Below, piece by piece: positions 38,486-48,549 of a stretch of DNA of 64,000 bases. The stretch spans positions 1,568,001 through 1,632,000 of the forward strand of contig CAVYSW010000003.1 in the NCBI GenBank assembly GCA_963771275.1, given 5' to 3'. The notes beneath the pieces are model-generated. The model had not been told where the DNA came from and ran no database searches. It saw nothing but the letters and a program-made list of their open reading frames with translations. The DNA comes from an uncultured Gemmatimonadales bacterium (lineage in GTDB: Bacteria > Gemmatimonadota > Gemmatimonadetes > Gemmatimonadales > GWC2-71-9). The translations under genes and the position numbers were made by a program. Each line of letters starts with the position of its first letter. Within the stretch, counting starts at the first letter, position 1.

Positions 38486-40035
38486 GCGCGGCCTGGTGAG
38501 GGAGGCAGCCGCGTGGCGGCATGGAGCGCCACGGCGCGCCGAGCCTCGAGATCCAGCTGCACTCGACCTGTCGAGTCCACCACGACGCTCCGGCCCACAC
38601 AGGCCCCGGCCTCGAGACCTCCGGTGAGCGCGTCACAGTAGGTACCGGGCGTGAGGCGGGTCGCGACGTCCACGGCGACCGTGGCGTCCTCCAGGTTGAT
38701 CGCGACGAACCCGAGATCGCCGCGCGAGAAGGCGACGGCGTTCGCGCCGTCGTCCCACCAGTCGGCGATCGGCGCGCCCGCGACGACGTGGCGGAATCTC
38801 ACCATGGCCGCTATCGCCGGATCGCGGTGCTCGCACACCCACTCCCCGATCGTTGCCGTCTCCAGGCTCGCGGCGCACGTGAGCGGCACCGCCCCACCGC
38901 CACCGGGCGGCGGGCCGGCGTCGCGCGAGGCCGGGCTGTCCCGATCGAACGCGTAGCTCGACATCACGATCGGGTACCCGTAGGGCTGCGCGAGCATCCA
39001 GACGTTGGCGAGACGGTAGGCGTCGCCGTCCAAGTACCAGATCCCCCCGCTCCGCTGGGTGTCGTGGTTCTCGAGGAAGACCACCGCCTTGTCCGCCGGC
39101 ATCAGTCCCCATGCCGCCTGGGAGAACTGCTTTCCGGGAGGACCGCCGGGGTCGAGGTCCGCGAGCTCCTGGCCGTCGGTGCCCAGGAACTTGTCGCCCA
39201 CCCCGCGGAACTTGAACTCGGTGAGGTCTGCGGCACCGCCCGAACCGTACGCCAGGCCGTAGTAGTCCGACGCGTGGACCGCTTCGCCCCCGTAGTCGAT
39301 CACCTCACCGAAGGAGTAGGGGAGCGGTAGCCCATCAGCGGCGAGCGACCGGTTCGCCAGCCCCAGAATGGAATCCAGCTCGACCGGTTGAATGTGTTTC
39401 GCCGCGTCGATGCGAAAGCCGGCCACGCCCAGCCGCGCGAGGCCCGCGAGGTAACCGGCGATCTTCTCCCGCACCGAGGCGAGACCGGTATTGAGGTCGG
39501 CCAGCCCGAACAACTCGCAATCCTGCACGTTCGCGGCGCTCTGATAGTCGTCGACCGTGCAGCCGGGGTGAAAGTCGCTCCGGGTGTACAACCGCGGGTA
39601 TTCGTACTTCGTGTACGCGGTGCCGGCGCTCCCCGTACCGGAGCCGGCGGTCATGTGGTTGATCACGGCGTCCACGTAGACGTCCACTCCCGCCGCGCGG
39701 CAGCGGCGCACCATGTCCTCGAACTCGGCCCGCGTACCGAACGTGGTCTGCCCGAGGTCGTAGCTCACCGCCTGATAGTGCTCCCACCAGGGCCTGCCGT
39801 TCACGACGGTGTGCTCCTGCGGCGGCGACACCAGCGCCGCGCGGTATCCGGCCGGGCCCAGCTCGCTCTCGCACTCAGCCGCCACGTCGGGCCAACTCCA
39901 CTGGAAGAGGCGCACGGCGACGTCGCCCGCCGCCATGTGGCCGCTGGGACGATAGGTGGGGTCGAGGGTCGGCCGGAGTGCAATGGGCGGCGTCGCCGGG
40001 CCGTCCGCGCACCCGGCCCAGGCCGCCGCAAGCAA
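38452..40035 (-). CDS. GH13 alpha-amylase (Streptomyces/animal-like type), probable surface lipoprotein; start uncertain
   Basis: 'LFQWSW.DVAAECE', 'PWWEHYQ', 'DAVINH', 'GFRIDAAKH', 'GEVID', 'ENHD'; lipobox 'WAGC'; the signal n-region extends upstream of the TTG with no ATG. Confidence 0.88.
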   Translation of the reverse strand: MLAAAWAGCADGPATPPIALRPTLDPTYRPSGHMAAGDVAVRLFQWSWPDVAAECESELGPAGYRAALVSPPQEHTVVNGRPWWEHYQAVSYDLGQTTFGTRAEFEDMVRRCRAAGVDVYVDAVINHMTAGSGTGSAGTAYTKYEYPRLYTRSDFHPGCTVDDYQSAANVQDCELFGLADLNTGLASVREKIAGYLAGLARLGVAGFRIDAAKHIQPVELDSILGLANRSLAADGLPLPYSFGEVIDYGGEAVHASDYYGLAYGSGGAADLTEFKFRGVGDKFLGTDGQELADLDPGGPPGKQFSQAAWGLMPADKAVVFLENHDTQRSGGIWYLDGDAYRLANVWMLAQPYGYPIVMSSYAFDRDSPASRDAGPPPGGGGAVPLTCAASLETATIGEWVCEHRDPAIAAMVRFRHVVAGAPIADWWDDGANAVAFSRGDLGFVAINLEDATVAVDVATRLTPGTYCDALTGGLEAGACVGRSVVVDSTGRVQLDLEARRAVALHAATRLPPSPGRAQGHPNPTRSP

Positions 40036-40097
40036 GAGGGCGGTCAGCGTGCGGGTCGCCGCGCGCGGCGCCTGGCGCCGCTGCGTCCTAAACGACG

Positions 40098-40129
40098 TGC
40101 AGCCCCGCCGCCGAAGCGGCGGAGCTGCA
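40098..40129 (-). terminator. cUUCGg-capped hairpin after susD (terminator or mRNA stabiliser)
   Basis: Minus strand TGCAGCTCCGCCGC-TTCG-GCGGCGGGGCTGCA; no strong U tail. Confidence 0.55.
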
Positions 40130-40159
40130 GCAGGGTGGAACGTCGTGGGAACGCCGGGC

Positions 40160-41740
40160 TCAGTAACCCGAATTCTGCGTCAGGTTCGGGTTGGCGATGA
40201 TCTCGTTCGCGGGCAGCGGGTAGAGGCTATCCCGCGCGGGCAAGGCGACCCCTCCCGGATCGTTGCCCTTCCAGGCCCAGACGTACGTGGCCCCGGTGAA
40301 CAGTCCAAAGCGGATCAGGTCGGCCCGGCGGCGTGTCTCGTACAGCAGCTCGCGCCCCCGTTCGGCAGAATCAGGAAGTCCAGCGTGAGCTCGGCGTCGG
40401 TGATGTCGCCGCTCGCGTCCCCGTACGCGCGCTGACGGAGCGCGTTGACGTAGGTCAGCGCCTGCGCCCGGCTGCCACCACCGCCACGGACCACGGCCTC
40501 GGCGTAGATCAGGTACGCCTCGCCCAGGCGGAAGATCGGGAAATCCGTGTCGACCATGCCAAGCTGCTGGCCATTGGTCCCGTCCGACTTCTTGTTCGTG
40601 AACTTGGGCGCGGCGATGCCGTTGGTGAAAGTGCCTTTGTCGATCACCGAATCCGTCTGACCGTCCGTCCAGAAGAACGCGGCCCGCCCGTCGAGCTCAG
40701 TGTCGAACTGGCGGTACGCCTGCTGCTTCAGGCGGTAGCCCCCCCAGCAGTAGTCGATGCCGTAGTCGGCTGACGACATGCTGCCGCCGCAGCCGGCGTG
40801 GATCAGGAACGTCATCCCGCCCCACGTCTGGGTGTGGTTGCCGTCCTGCAGGGCGGCGAAGATGATCTCGGGCGACAAGTTGTTGTCGGACGTGAAGTTG
40901 TTCCGGAAGACGGGATTCAGGCTGTACGTGCCCGAGCCGATGACGTCCTCCGCCGCGGTCACCGCGTCGGCCCAGTGCTCCGTGCCGGTGTAGACCTCCG
41001 CGTTCAGGTACAACTCGGCCAGCAGCATGTCCACGGCACCGGCCGTCGCGCGGCCGTAGGTGCTGGGCCCGGCCGTGGGCAGCTGGTCCCTGATGTCCTG
41101 GAGCTCGCTCACGACGAAGTCGAACAGCGCGGCCCGCGTGGCTCTGCTGCGGCGGCGTCGCGCCGAGCGGGTCCGCTTCGGTCACGAGCGGGATGTTCGC
41201 GAACAGATCAATCCCATGCCAGTAGCTCAAGGCCCTGAGAAACCGGGCCTCGGCACGGTACTGATGGACCTGGTCCGCGTAGTCGCTCTGTCCCCGCGCA
41301 TCGAGCGAGTCGTCCACGGTCTGGCGCAGGAACTCGTTCGCCAGCATGACCTGGTAGAAGACGCGGTAGTACATCGCGTTGACCATGCTGTTGTCCGCCC
41401 CCCAGAGCCCCGTGTTCAGATCGGGGAGACCGGGGTCGTTCCAGCCGATCACCGCCTCGTCCGTCGGCATCTCCTGGAGATACCAGTACAGTCTGAGGTA
41501 TTCTCCGAAGCCCTCGTCGATGCCGCTGATGTCCGGATTCCCGTCCGGCCCCCGTTGCCCGGTCACGATCAGCCCCGCGTAGATCCGCGCGAGGAACAGC
41601 TGATACGAGGCCGGATCGGTGAAGATGTTGGCTTCGGTCACCGTGCTCTTCGGAGCCACCGTGGGGTCCGTGCAGCCCGCCGCGGCCACGCACAGCAGGG
41701 CGGCGGCGACCGCGAACCCCTTCCACTTTCTGGTGTTCAT
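40160..41740 (-). CDS. susD: RagB/SusD family nutrient-uptake lipoprotein (two apparent frameshifts)
   Basis: Lipobox 'AAGC'; 'EARFLRALSYW', 'FRLGEAYLIYAEA', 'ERGRELLYE..RR.DLIRFG', ends 'LTQNSGY'; frame changes near 41140 and 40370. Confidence 0.9.
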
Positions 41741-41784
41741 TGTTCCGTCCCGTCTCAAGTGGTCGAGTCTCATGGTCGCAGCCC

Positions 41785-44700
41785 TCAGAACCGCACGCTC
41801 AGGCCACCCGTGAAGGTGCGCGAGCGGGGATAGATGTTGTTGTCGATGCCGTTCAGGCCGGCCGTCGGATCCACGCCGCTGTAGCCGGTGATGGTGAACG
41901 CGTTCTGCACGGTCCCGAAGAGACGCCACGGCTGGCCGCGATAGGTAAACGCGTACCCGATCGTGATGTTGTCCATCCGCAGGAACGACCCGTTCTCCAC
42001 GTAGTAGTCCGAGTAGTACTGCGGCACCACGAAGCCGGTCTCCAGCACCGACGCCTGCAGGTTGGCCGGCATGGCCGAGCCGGTGAGGTTCTGGTAGGCG
42101 CCCAGGCTGGACGCCACGTTGTTGTAGACGTGGTTCCCCAGGTACGCCCGCAGCGTGAAGCTCAGGTCGAAGTGGCCGTAGGTGAGATACGAAGAGTGGC
42201 TCAGGATCCACTTCGGCGCCGGGTCGTGGAACGGCCGGCGGTCGGAGTCGTTGATGACGCCGTCCCGTTCTGAAGAGGTCCGACAGTCAGGATCCGCCGG
42301 TGTGCAGGTGCTATCCAGGACGGTAAACTGGTCGACGTAGCTTCCCTCGATCGGCTTCCCGGTCACGGAATCGTACTGCTGCTGGTAGACGAAGAACGAG
42401 TTGATCGGCGAGCCCGGCAGGAGGACCTCGACGTTGTTCCCGACGCCGCCGGAGATGCCGCCGGTCAGGATCTTCGAGACGCTCCTGGCTGGGGTTGATG
42501 CTGAGCAGCTCGTTGGTGTTGTGGCTCACGTTGAAGTCGGCGGTCCAGCCCAGGCCACCCGTCCCGCTCTGCTTGATCAGGGCGCTGAGACTGAGCTCGA
42601 TGCCGCGGTTCCTCATGCTGCCGATGTTGGTCGTGACGTAGTTCGACAGGTTGGTGCCGGCGGCAACGGGCACCGTGAAGATCAGGTCCTTGGTGTTCTT
42701 GACGTACCACTCGATGGCGCCGCTGACCCGCTGGTTCATGAAGCCGTAGTCGAGCCCGACGTTGTAGGCGCTGGTCGCCTCCCAGTGGATGTTCGGGTCG
42801 ACGGCGCTCGGGCGGATGGTGTTGATGAACTGATCGCCGAACTGATACTGCGTCAGCGGGTCGCTGTAACGTGTACGTCGAGTACTGCAGGTAGTCGCCG
42901 AACGCCTGGTTGCCGGTCTTCGCCCACGAGGCCCGGAGCTTCAGGTCCGAGAGCGACGGCCCAGCTCCTGAACAACGACTCCTCCGAGAGCCGCCACGCG
43001 AGGGCCACCGAAGGGAAGGTGCCCCACTGGTTCCCCGCGCCGAAGCGCGACGAGCCGTCGCGACGGGCGGTCACCGCCAGAAGGTAGCGGTCGGCAATGT
43101 TGTAGTTGAGCCGTCCGAAGAAGGAGATCAGCTTGTAATCCGTGACGTCCTCTCTGGTCGCGACGTTGGCGGCCGTGACGATGCCGTCGGGGCCGAGCAG
43201 GTTGCTGCTGAGACCGCGGCGCGTCGTAGGTGAGCCAATCGTTGTGCTGCTGCGTGTACGAGTAGCCGCCCGTCAGTCGAGGTCGCCCGGCAGAGCCTTG
43301 AGGGGCGCGGCGTAGTTGAGGTACGTCTCGAGCACCGAGTTGGCCTCGGTGCCGTTCGAGAAGTTGAACTGGCCATGGAACTGCCGCACCTGGTTGGCCA
43401 GCGTGCTCGGGTTGAAGAACTGCCGCTCGGCCTTGCCGATGTCGTAGCCGAGGTTGACGTTGGCCTTCAACGCCTGCGACGAAGGGGCAGGCGTACTGGG
43501 CCTGCACGTTGCCGACGCTGCGGTAGGCCACGCCGGTGTTCGAGGCCAGGTTGAGGCTCGCCACCGGGTTGGACGGCGAAGCATTGGTCGTGTTCCAGTC
43601 CCAGTAGCCGGTCGCGCTGGTCGGATCCAGCACCGGCTGCGTCGGCGCCATCGCGGCGGCGTTGCCGAGCACGTCGGTCGGCGTGAACCCGTCGTTCGTG
43701 CGCGCGCCCTTCACGTTGAGCTTGATGTCCAGGTTGTCGTCGAAGAGGCGCTGCTCGTAGTTCACGCCCAGCGAGAGCCGCTGGGTATTGCTGGCCTTGA
43801 TGATGCCGCTCTGGTTGAGGTAGCCCACCGACAGGCGGTAGTTGTTGCTCTCGCCCGCGCCCGAGAGGGCCACGTTGTGCTCCTGGCCGAACGCGGTGCG
43901 GTCGATCTGACTGAACCAGTCGGTGTTCGGCGCCGAGCAACGAGTCGACCCTCGTGGGCGCGTACTGCTCACCGCCGAGTCGGAACTGCGCCGCGTTCAG
44001 CAGGCTGGGCAGCCGGTCACCGCCGAGGCGGATGTGCTGCCGGTGTAGTCGAGGTGCGGTCCGCCCCGCCCCCGCTTCGTCTGGATCAGCACCACGCCGT
44101 TGGCGGCGTTCGCGCCATAGATCGCCGCGGCCGAGGCGTCCTTGAGTACCGTGATGCTCTCGATGTCGTTGGGGTTGAGGAAGTTGAGCGCGTCCCGGCC
44201 GGCGCTGATGCCGCCGCCGGCGCCGGTGCTCACCGGCTGGCCATCAATGACGTAGAGCGGCTCGCTGCTGGCGTTGACGGAGGTCGCGCCGCGAATCCGG
44301 ATATTGAGGCCGCCACCGGGCTCGTTGTTGTCCACCACCTGCACGCCCGCGACCTTGGCCGCGATGAGCTGCTGCGGGCTGATGATGCGGCCGGTGTTGA
44401 ACTCCGCCCCCGTGACCTGCTTGACCGCGCCGGTGATCGTGCCCGCGGTCTGCTCGCCGTACCCGACGACCACGATGGCCGACAGGCCCACCGCCTGAGC
44501 GGTGAGGGCGAAATCGACGACGACCGCCTGGCCCGCCGCGACCGCGACGGACTGCTCGGCCGGCACATACCCGAGCATGCGTGCGCGCAGGGTGTAGGTG
44601 CCGGCGGGGACCTCGGTGATGAGGTAGCGGCCGGTCGTCTGCGTCCGCGTGGTGCGGCTCCCAAGGGTGATGGTGACGCCCGACAGCGGTTGCTGCGTCG

Positions 44701-44809
44701 CGTCGTCGATGACGCGGCCGCTCACGCTGCCGACGGGCTGTTGCGCTTGAAGCGGTGCCATCCAGAGCGCCGCCAGGAGCGCACCGAAGACGTACCGTGC
44801 TCGTTTCAT
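41785..44809 (-). CDS. susC: SusC/RagA TonB-dependent transporter (at least seven apparent frameshifts)
   Basis: 'VVVGYG', 'IRGATS', 'PLYVIDG', 'NPNDIESITVLKDASAAAIYG', 'RDGSSRFG', 'YYVENGSFLRMDNITIGY', terminal F; spread over several frames. Confidence 0.9.
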
Positions 44810-45070
44810 ACGCGTCCTCTTGAGCTGTTTGAGCTGTGGGGGCTACAAGCACTCCGGCCGATCGCGGCTCCGGAGCGAAGGGAGCGCGCGCGTGGTGCGC
44901 ACGGATCGTCCGAACCAACGCGTCGCGTGCAGCAGGCGCCCGGGGGAATGCGCTCAACCGGGAGCCGGCTATCCTGCCCGTGCACCACGCGGTCGTGTGG
45001 ACAACCGGGCTGCTGTGCCAATGCCGTCCCGCCTGGGAAAAATGAACGCGGGCCCGATGATACCGTGTCT

Positions 45071-45099
45071 GAGCTAATGCTCCGGTGCGATCCTGTCAA
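45071..45099 (-). promoter_or_regulatory. Possible sigma70-type promoter for susC
   Basis: Perfect TTGACA (45099-45094, minus strand) with only a partial -10 (TTAGCT or TAGCTC). Confidence 0.3.
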
Positions 45100-45287
45100 C
45101 AAGCCGCGAAGAACCTTCGCCGCCGCTTCATCTTCCTTTCACACGCGCCCCGGCAGGTTTCCCGTCACCTCGCCGGCCCGATGACGGCTAACTCCCAGTC
45201 TTCGTTACAGATAGGGGCGCCGCCCGTGTTCGACGGTGCTCGACCTGCGGCTCCGGCGACTGACCCCTGACGACAGCGGGAGCGTGT

Positions 45288-46406
45288 ATGGCCAGGTATC
45301 GCATCGCGTGGTTGCCGGGAGATGGAGTGGGCGTGGACGTGCTCGCGGCCGCGAGGATCGTGCTCGACCGTCTCGCGCTCGATGCCGAGTACCCGCACGG
45401 CGACATCGGGTGGGAGTTCTGGTGCGCCGAGGGCGACGCGCTCCCGCCTCGCACGGTGGACCTGCTCGGCAATGTCGATGCCGCCCTGTTCGGCGCGATT
45501 ACCTCGAAGCCCGTGAAGGCCGCCGCCGCGGAGCTGTCGCCGGCGCTGCGCGACAAGGCGCTCACCTACCGCTCGCCGATCGTTCGTATGCGGCAGATGT
45601 TCGATCTCTACATCTGCCTCCGCCCGTGCACGGCCTATCCCGGCAACCCGCTCAACTTCAAGGAGGGGATCAACCTCGTCGTGTTCCGCGAGAACACCGA
45701 GGACCTCTACTCGGGGGTCGAGTTCGCGCCGGTGCCGCAGGAGCTGGCCGACACGCTGCAGCGCCTCGCCAAGCCGTTCGCCCCGTTCGCCAAGCTGCCG
45801 CTCGACCAGTACGCGATCTCGTGCAAGATCAACACACGCGCCGGCTCGGAGCGGATTGTCCGCGCGGCGTTCGAGTTCGCCCGCACGTTCAAGCGCCGCA
45901 AGGTGACCGTCGTCCACAAGGCCAACGTCGTGCGCGCCACCGACGGGCTGTTCTTCGAGGCCGCCAAGGCCGTGGCCCGGGATTACCCCGAGATCCAGCT
46001 CGACGACGCGAATATCGACGCCATGACGATGTGGCTGCTCAAGAACCCGTTCAATTATGACGTCCTCGTTGCGCCCAATCTCTACGGCGATATCATCTCC
46101 GATCTGTGCGCGCAGATGGTGGGAGGGCTGGGCTTCGGCTGCTCGGGCAACATCGGGGAGAAGCTCGCCGTGTTCGAGCCGACCCACGGCTCGGCCCCGA
46201 AATACGCCGGCCAGTACAAGGTGAACCCGATCGCCACGATCCTCGCCGTGAAGATGATGCTCGAGTGGCTGGGCGAGACGGACCGGGCGGCGACGCTCGA
46301 AGGGGCCGTCGCCGACGTGATTCGCGAGGGCAAGATCCGCACGTACGACATGGGCGGGAGCCACACGACGCTCGAGATGGGGCAAGCCATCGCCGCCAGG
46401 CTGTGA
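45288..46406 (+). CDS. Isocitrate/isopropylmalate (beta-decarboxylating) dehydrogenase family, LeuB/homoisocitrate-like
   Basis: 'LPGDGVG', 'RENTEDLY', 'HKANV', 'NLYGDIISDL', 'EPTHGSAP'. Confidence 0.93.
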   Translation: MARYRIAWLPGDGVGVDVLAAARIVLDRLALDAEYPHGDIGWEFWCAEGDALPPRTVDLLGNVDAALFGAITSKPVKAAAAELSPALRDKALTYRSPIVRMRQMFDLYICLRPCTAYPGNPLNFKEGINLVVFRENTEDLYSGVEFAPVPQELADTLQRLAKPFAPFAKLPLDQYAISCKINTRAGSERIVRAAFEFARTFKRRKVTVVHKANVVRATDGLFFEAAKAVARDYPEIQLDDANIDAMTMWLLKNPFNYDVLVAPNLYGDIISDLCAQMVGGLGFGCSGNIGEKLAVFEPTHGSAPKYAGQYKVNPIATILAVKMMLEWLGETDRAATLEGAVADVIREGKIRTYDMGGSHTTLEMGQAIAARL

Positions 46407-46422
46407 CGGCGGGGAGCTGCAG

Positions 46423-47334
46423 ATGAGGCGCATCACGATCCACGAGGTCGGGCCACGCGACGGTCTCCAGATGGAACAGCAGGCCGTCCCACTCGAGCTC
46501 AAGCTCGGGTGGATCCGCCGCCTGATGGACTGTGGGGTGGACATCATCCAGGTGGGCTCGTTCGTCCACCCGGAGAAAGTCCCCCAGATGGCGGACACGG
46601 ACGAGCTGTTCCGCCGGCTCACCGTGGACAAGCGGTCGCACGCGGTGCTCTCGGGACTCGTGCTCAACGAGAAGGGCCTCGCGCGCGGCTTGGCGTGCGG
46701 CGTCGAGCTGTTCTGCATGGGCGCCTCGGCCAGCGAGACCCACAGCCGCAAGAACAGCGGCATGGGCACCGAAGAGGCGACGCGCCGCATCATCGCCGCG
46801 GCGCGTGAGGCCGTGGCCGCCGGGAAGCGCGTGCAGGTCTCGGTCCAGTCGGCGTTCGGCTGCGGGTTCGATGGTGTGATCCCCGAGGAGCGCGTGCTCG
46901 GCATGGTCGGGGCGTACCTCGAGGCGGGGCTCCGCCAAATCAGCCTGGCGGACACCGCCGGGCACGCGCACCCCGCCCAAGTCACCCGCCTGTTCGGCGC
47001 GATCGCCCGGCTCGGCCCCGCCGTGGACCTGACCTGCCATTTCCACAACACGTACGGCCTCGGCATGGCCAACATCTTCGCCGCGCTCGCCGCCGGGGTC
47101 ACCTCGTTCGAGACCTCGTTCGCCGGACTGGGCGGCTGCCCGTTTACCAGGGTGGCAGCCGGCAACGTGGCCACCGAGGACTTCGTCCACGCGCTGCAGC
47201 GCTCGGGCGAGCGGCGCGACGTCGATCTCGACCGCCTGATCGGCGTGGCGCGCGACGTGGCGGCCCACTTGGGGCGCGAGATGCCGGGCTACGTCTACAG
47301 GGCGGGACCGATCCCCACCGAGGAGCCGGCATGA
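46423..47334 (+). CDS. HMG-CoA lyase family (DRE-TIM) C-C lyase
   Basis: 'EVGPRDGLQ', 'HFHNTYG', 'GLGGCPF', 'GNVATED'. Confidence 0.92.
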   Translation: MRRITIHEVGPRDGLQMEQQAVPLELKLGWIRRLMDCGVDIIQVGSFVHPEKVPQMADTDELFRRLTVDKRSHAVLSGLVLNEKGLARGLACGVELFCMGASASETHSRKNSGMGTEEATRRIIAAAREAVAAGKRVQVSVQSAFGCGFDGVIPEERVLGMVGAYLEAGLRQISLADTAGHAHPAQVTRLFGAIARLGPAVDLTCHFHNTYGLGMANIFAALAAGVTSFETSFAGLGGCPFTRVAAGNVATEDFVHALQRSGERRDVDLDRLIGVARDVAAHLGREMPGYVYRAGPIPTEEPA

Positions 47335-48530
47335 CGGCGGCGATCCTCGACGGCGTGCGGGTGCTGGACCTCACCAACGTGCTGGCCGGCCCGTTCGCCA
47401 CGCTCCACCTGGCGCTCCTTGGGGCGGAGGTCATCAAGGTCGAGAACCCGAAGGACGGCGACCTGGCGCGCAAGCTGGGCGTGCTCACCGCTCTCAACGA
47501 CCAGTTGATGGGCACGAGCTTCCTCGCCCAGAACGTGAACAAGAAGTCCATCACGCTCAACACCAAGGCACCCGAGGGCAAGGAGTTGTTCCGCAAGCTG
47601 GCGCGCACCGCGGACGTGCTGGTGGAGAACTTCCGCCCCGACGTGATGCAGCGGCTGGGACTCGGCTACGAGGCGCTCGCGACGATCAACCCGCGGCTCA
47701 TCTACTGCGCGATCTCCGGGTTCGGGCAGACCGGTCCCGACGCGTTCAAGCCGGCCTACGACCAGATCATCCAGGGCCTGAGCGGCGTGATGGCGATCAA
47801 CGGCGACGAGCGCCTGACCCCGTTGCGCGCGGGGTTCCCGCTGTGCGATACCGTGGGGGGCCTCAACGCGGCGTTCGCGGTGATGGCCGCGCTGTACCAT
47901 CGCGCGCGCACCGGCGAAGGCCAGTTCATCGACGTCGCCCTGCTCGATTCGATCATGCCGCTGATGGGCTGGGTCGCGGCCAACCTGCTGATCGGCAAGC
48001 AGCAGCCCGTGCTGATGGGGAACGACAATTTCACCGCGGCGCCCTCGGGCACGTTCCGCACGCAGGACGGGTACATCAACATCGCGGCCAACAAGCAGGA
48101 GCAGTGGGAGGCGCTGTGCGAGGTGCTCGGCATCGAGCCCCTCAAGTCCGATCCCCGCTTTCAGAAGCGGGACGTGCGCAAGCAGAACCGCAAGCTGCTG
48201 ACCCCGCTGCTGGAAGCGAAGCTCGCGGAGCGACGCACCGCGGAGTGGGTGGACCTGCTCAACGCCAAGGACGTGCCGAGCGGCGCGATCCTCAGCCTCG
48301 AGGAGGCGCTCGCCCAGCCCCAGGTCGTGCACCGCACCGTGCTGCACGACGTGCCGGTCGAGGGAATCGGGGTGCTGAAGCTGTTCGGCCTCACGGCCCG
48401 GTTCGACAGGACGCCGGGTCACATCGACGCGCCGCCGCCGCGCCTGTCCCAGCACACCGACGCGGTGCTCGGGAGTCTCGGCGTGACGCAGGACGAGCTG
48501 GGCGCCCTGAAGGCCAAGGGCGTGATCTGA
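47331..48530 (+). CDS. Family III CoA-transferase (CaiB/BaiF)
   Basis: 'LDGVRVLDL', 'GAEVIKVE', 'ENFRP', 'ISGFGQTGP', catalytic Asp in 'LCDTVGG'. Confidence 0.94.
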   Translation: MTAAILDGVRVLDLTNVLAGPFATLHLALLGAEVIKVENPKDGDLARKLGVLTALNDQLMGTSFLAQNVNKKSITLNTKAPEGKELFRKLARTADVLVENFRPDVMQRLGLGYEALATINPRLIYCAISGFGQTGPDAFKPAYDQIIQGLSGVMAINGDERLTPLRAGFPLCDTVGGLNAAFAVMAALYHRARTGEGQFIDVALLDSIMPLMGWVAANLLIGKQQPVLMGNDNFTAAPSGTFRTQDGYINIAANKQEQWEALCEVLGIEPLKSDPRFQKRDVRKQNRKLLTPLLEAKLAERRTAEWVDLLNAKDVPSGAILSLEEALAQPQVVHRTVLHDVPVEGIGVLKLFGLTARFDRTPGHIDAPPPRLSQHTDAVLGSLGVTQDELGALKAKGVI

Positions 48531-48549
48531 CGGAAGGGAGAGTCCGGTC

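Noticed and set aside
44819..44838. TTGAGCTGT direct repeat upstream of susC
   Set aside because: Two adjacent 9-mers beside the RBS; not enough evidence for a binding site.
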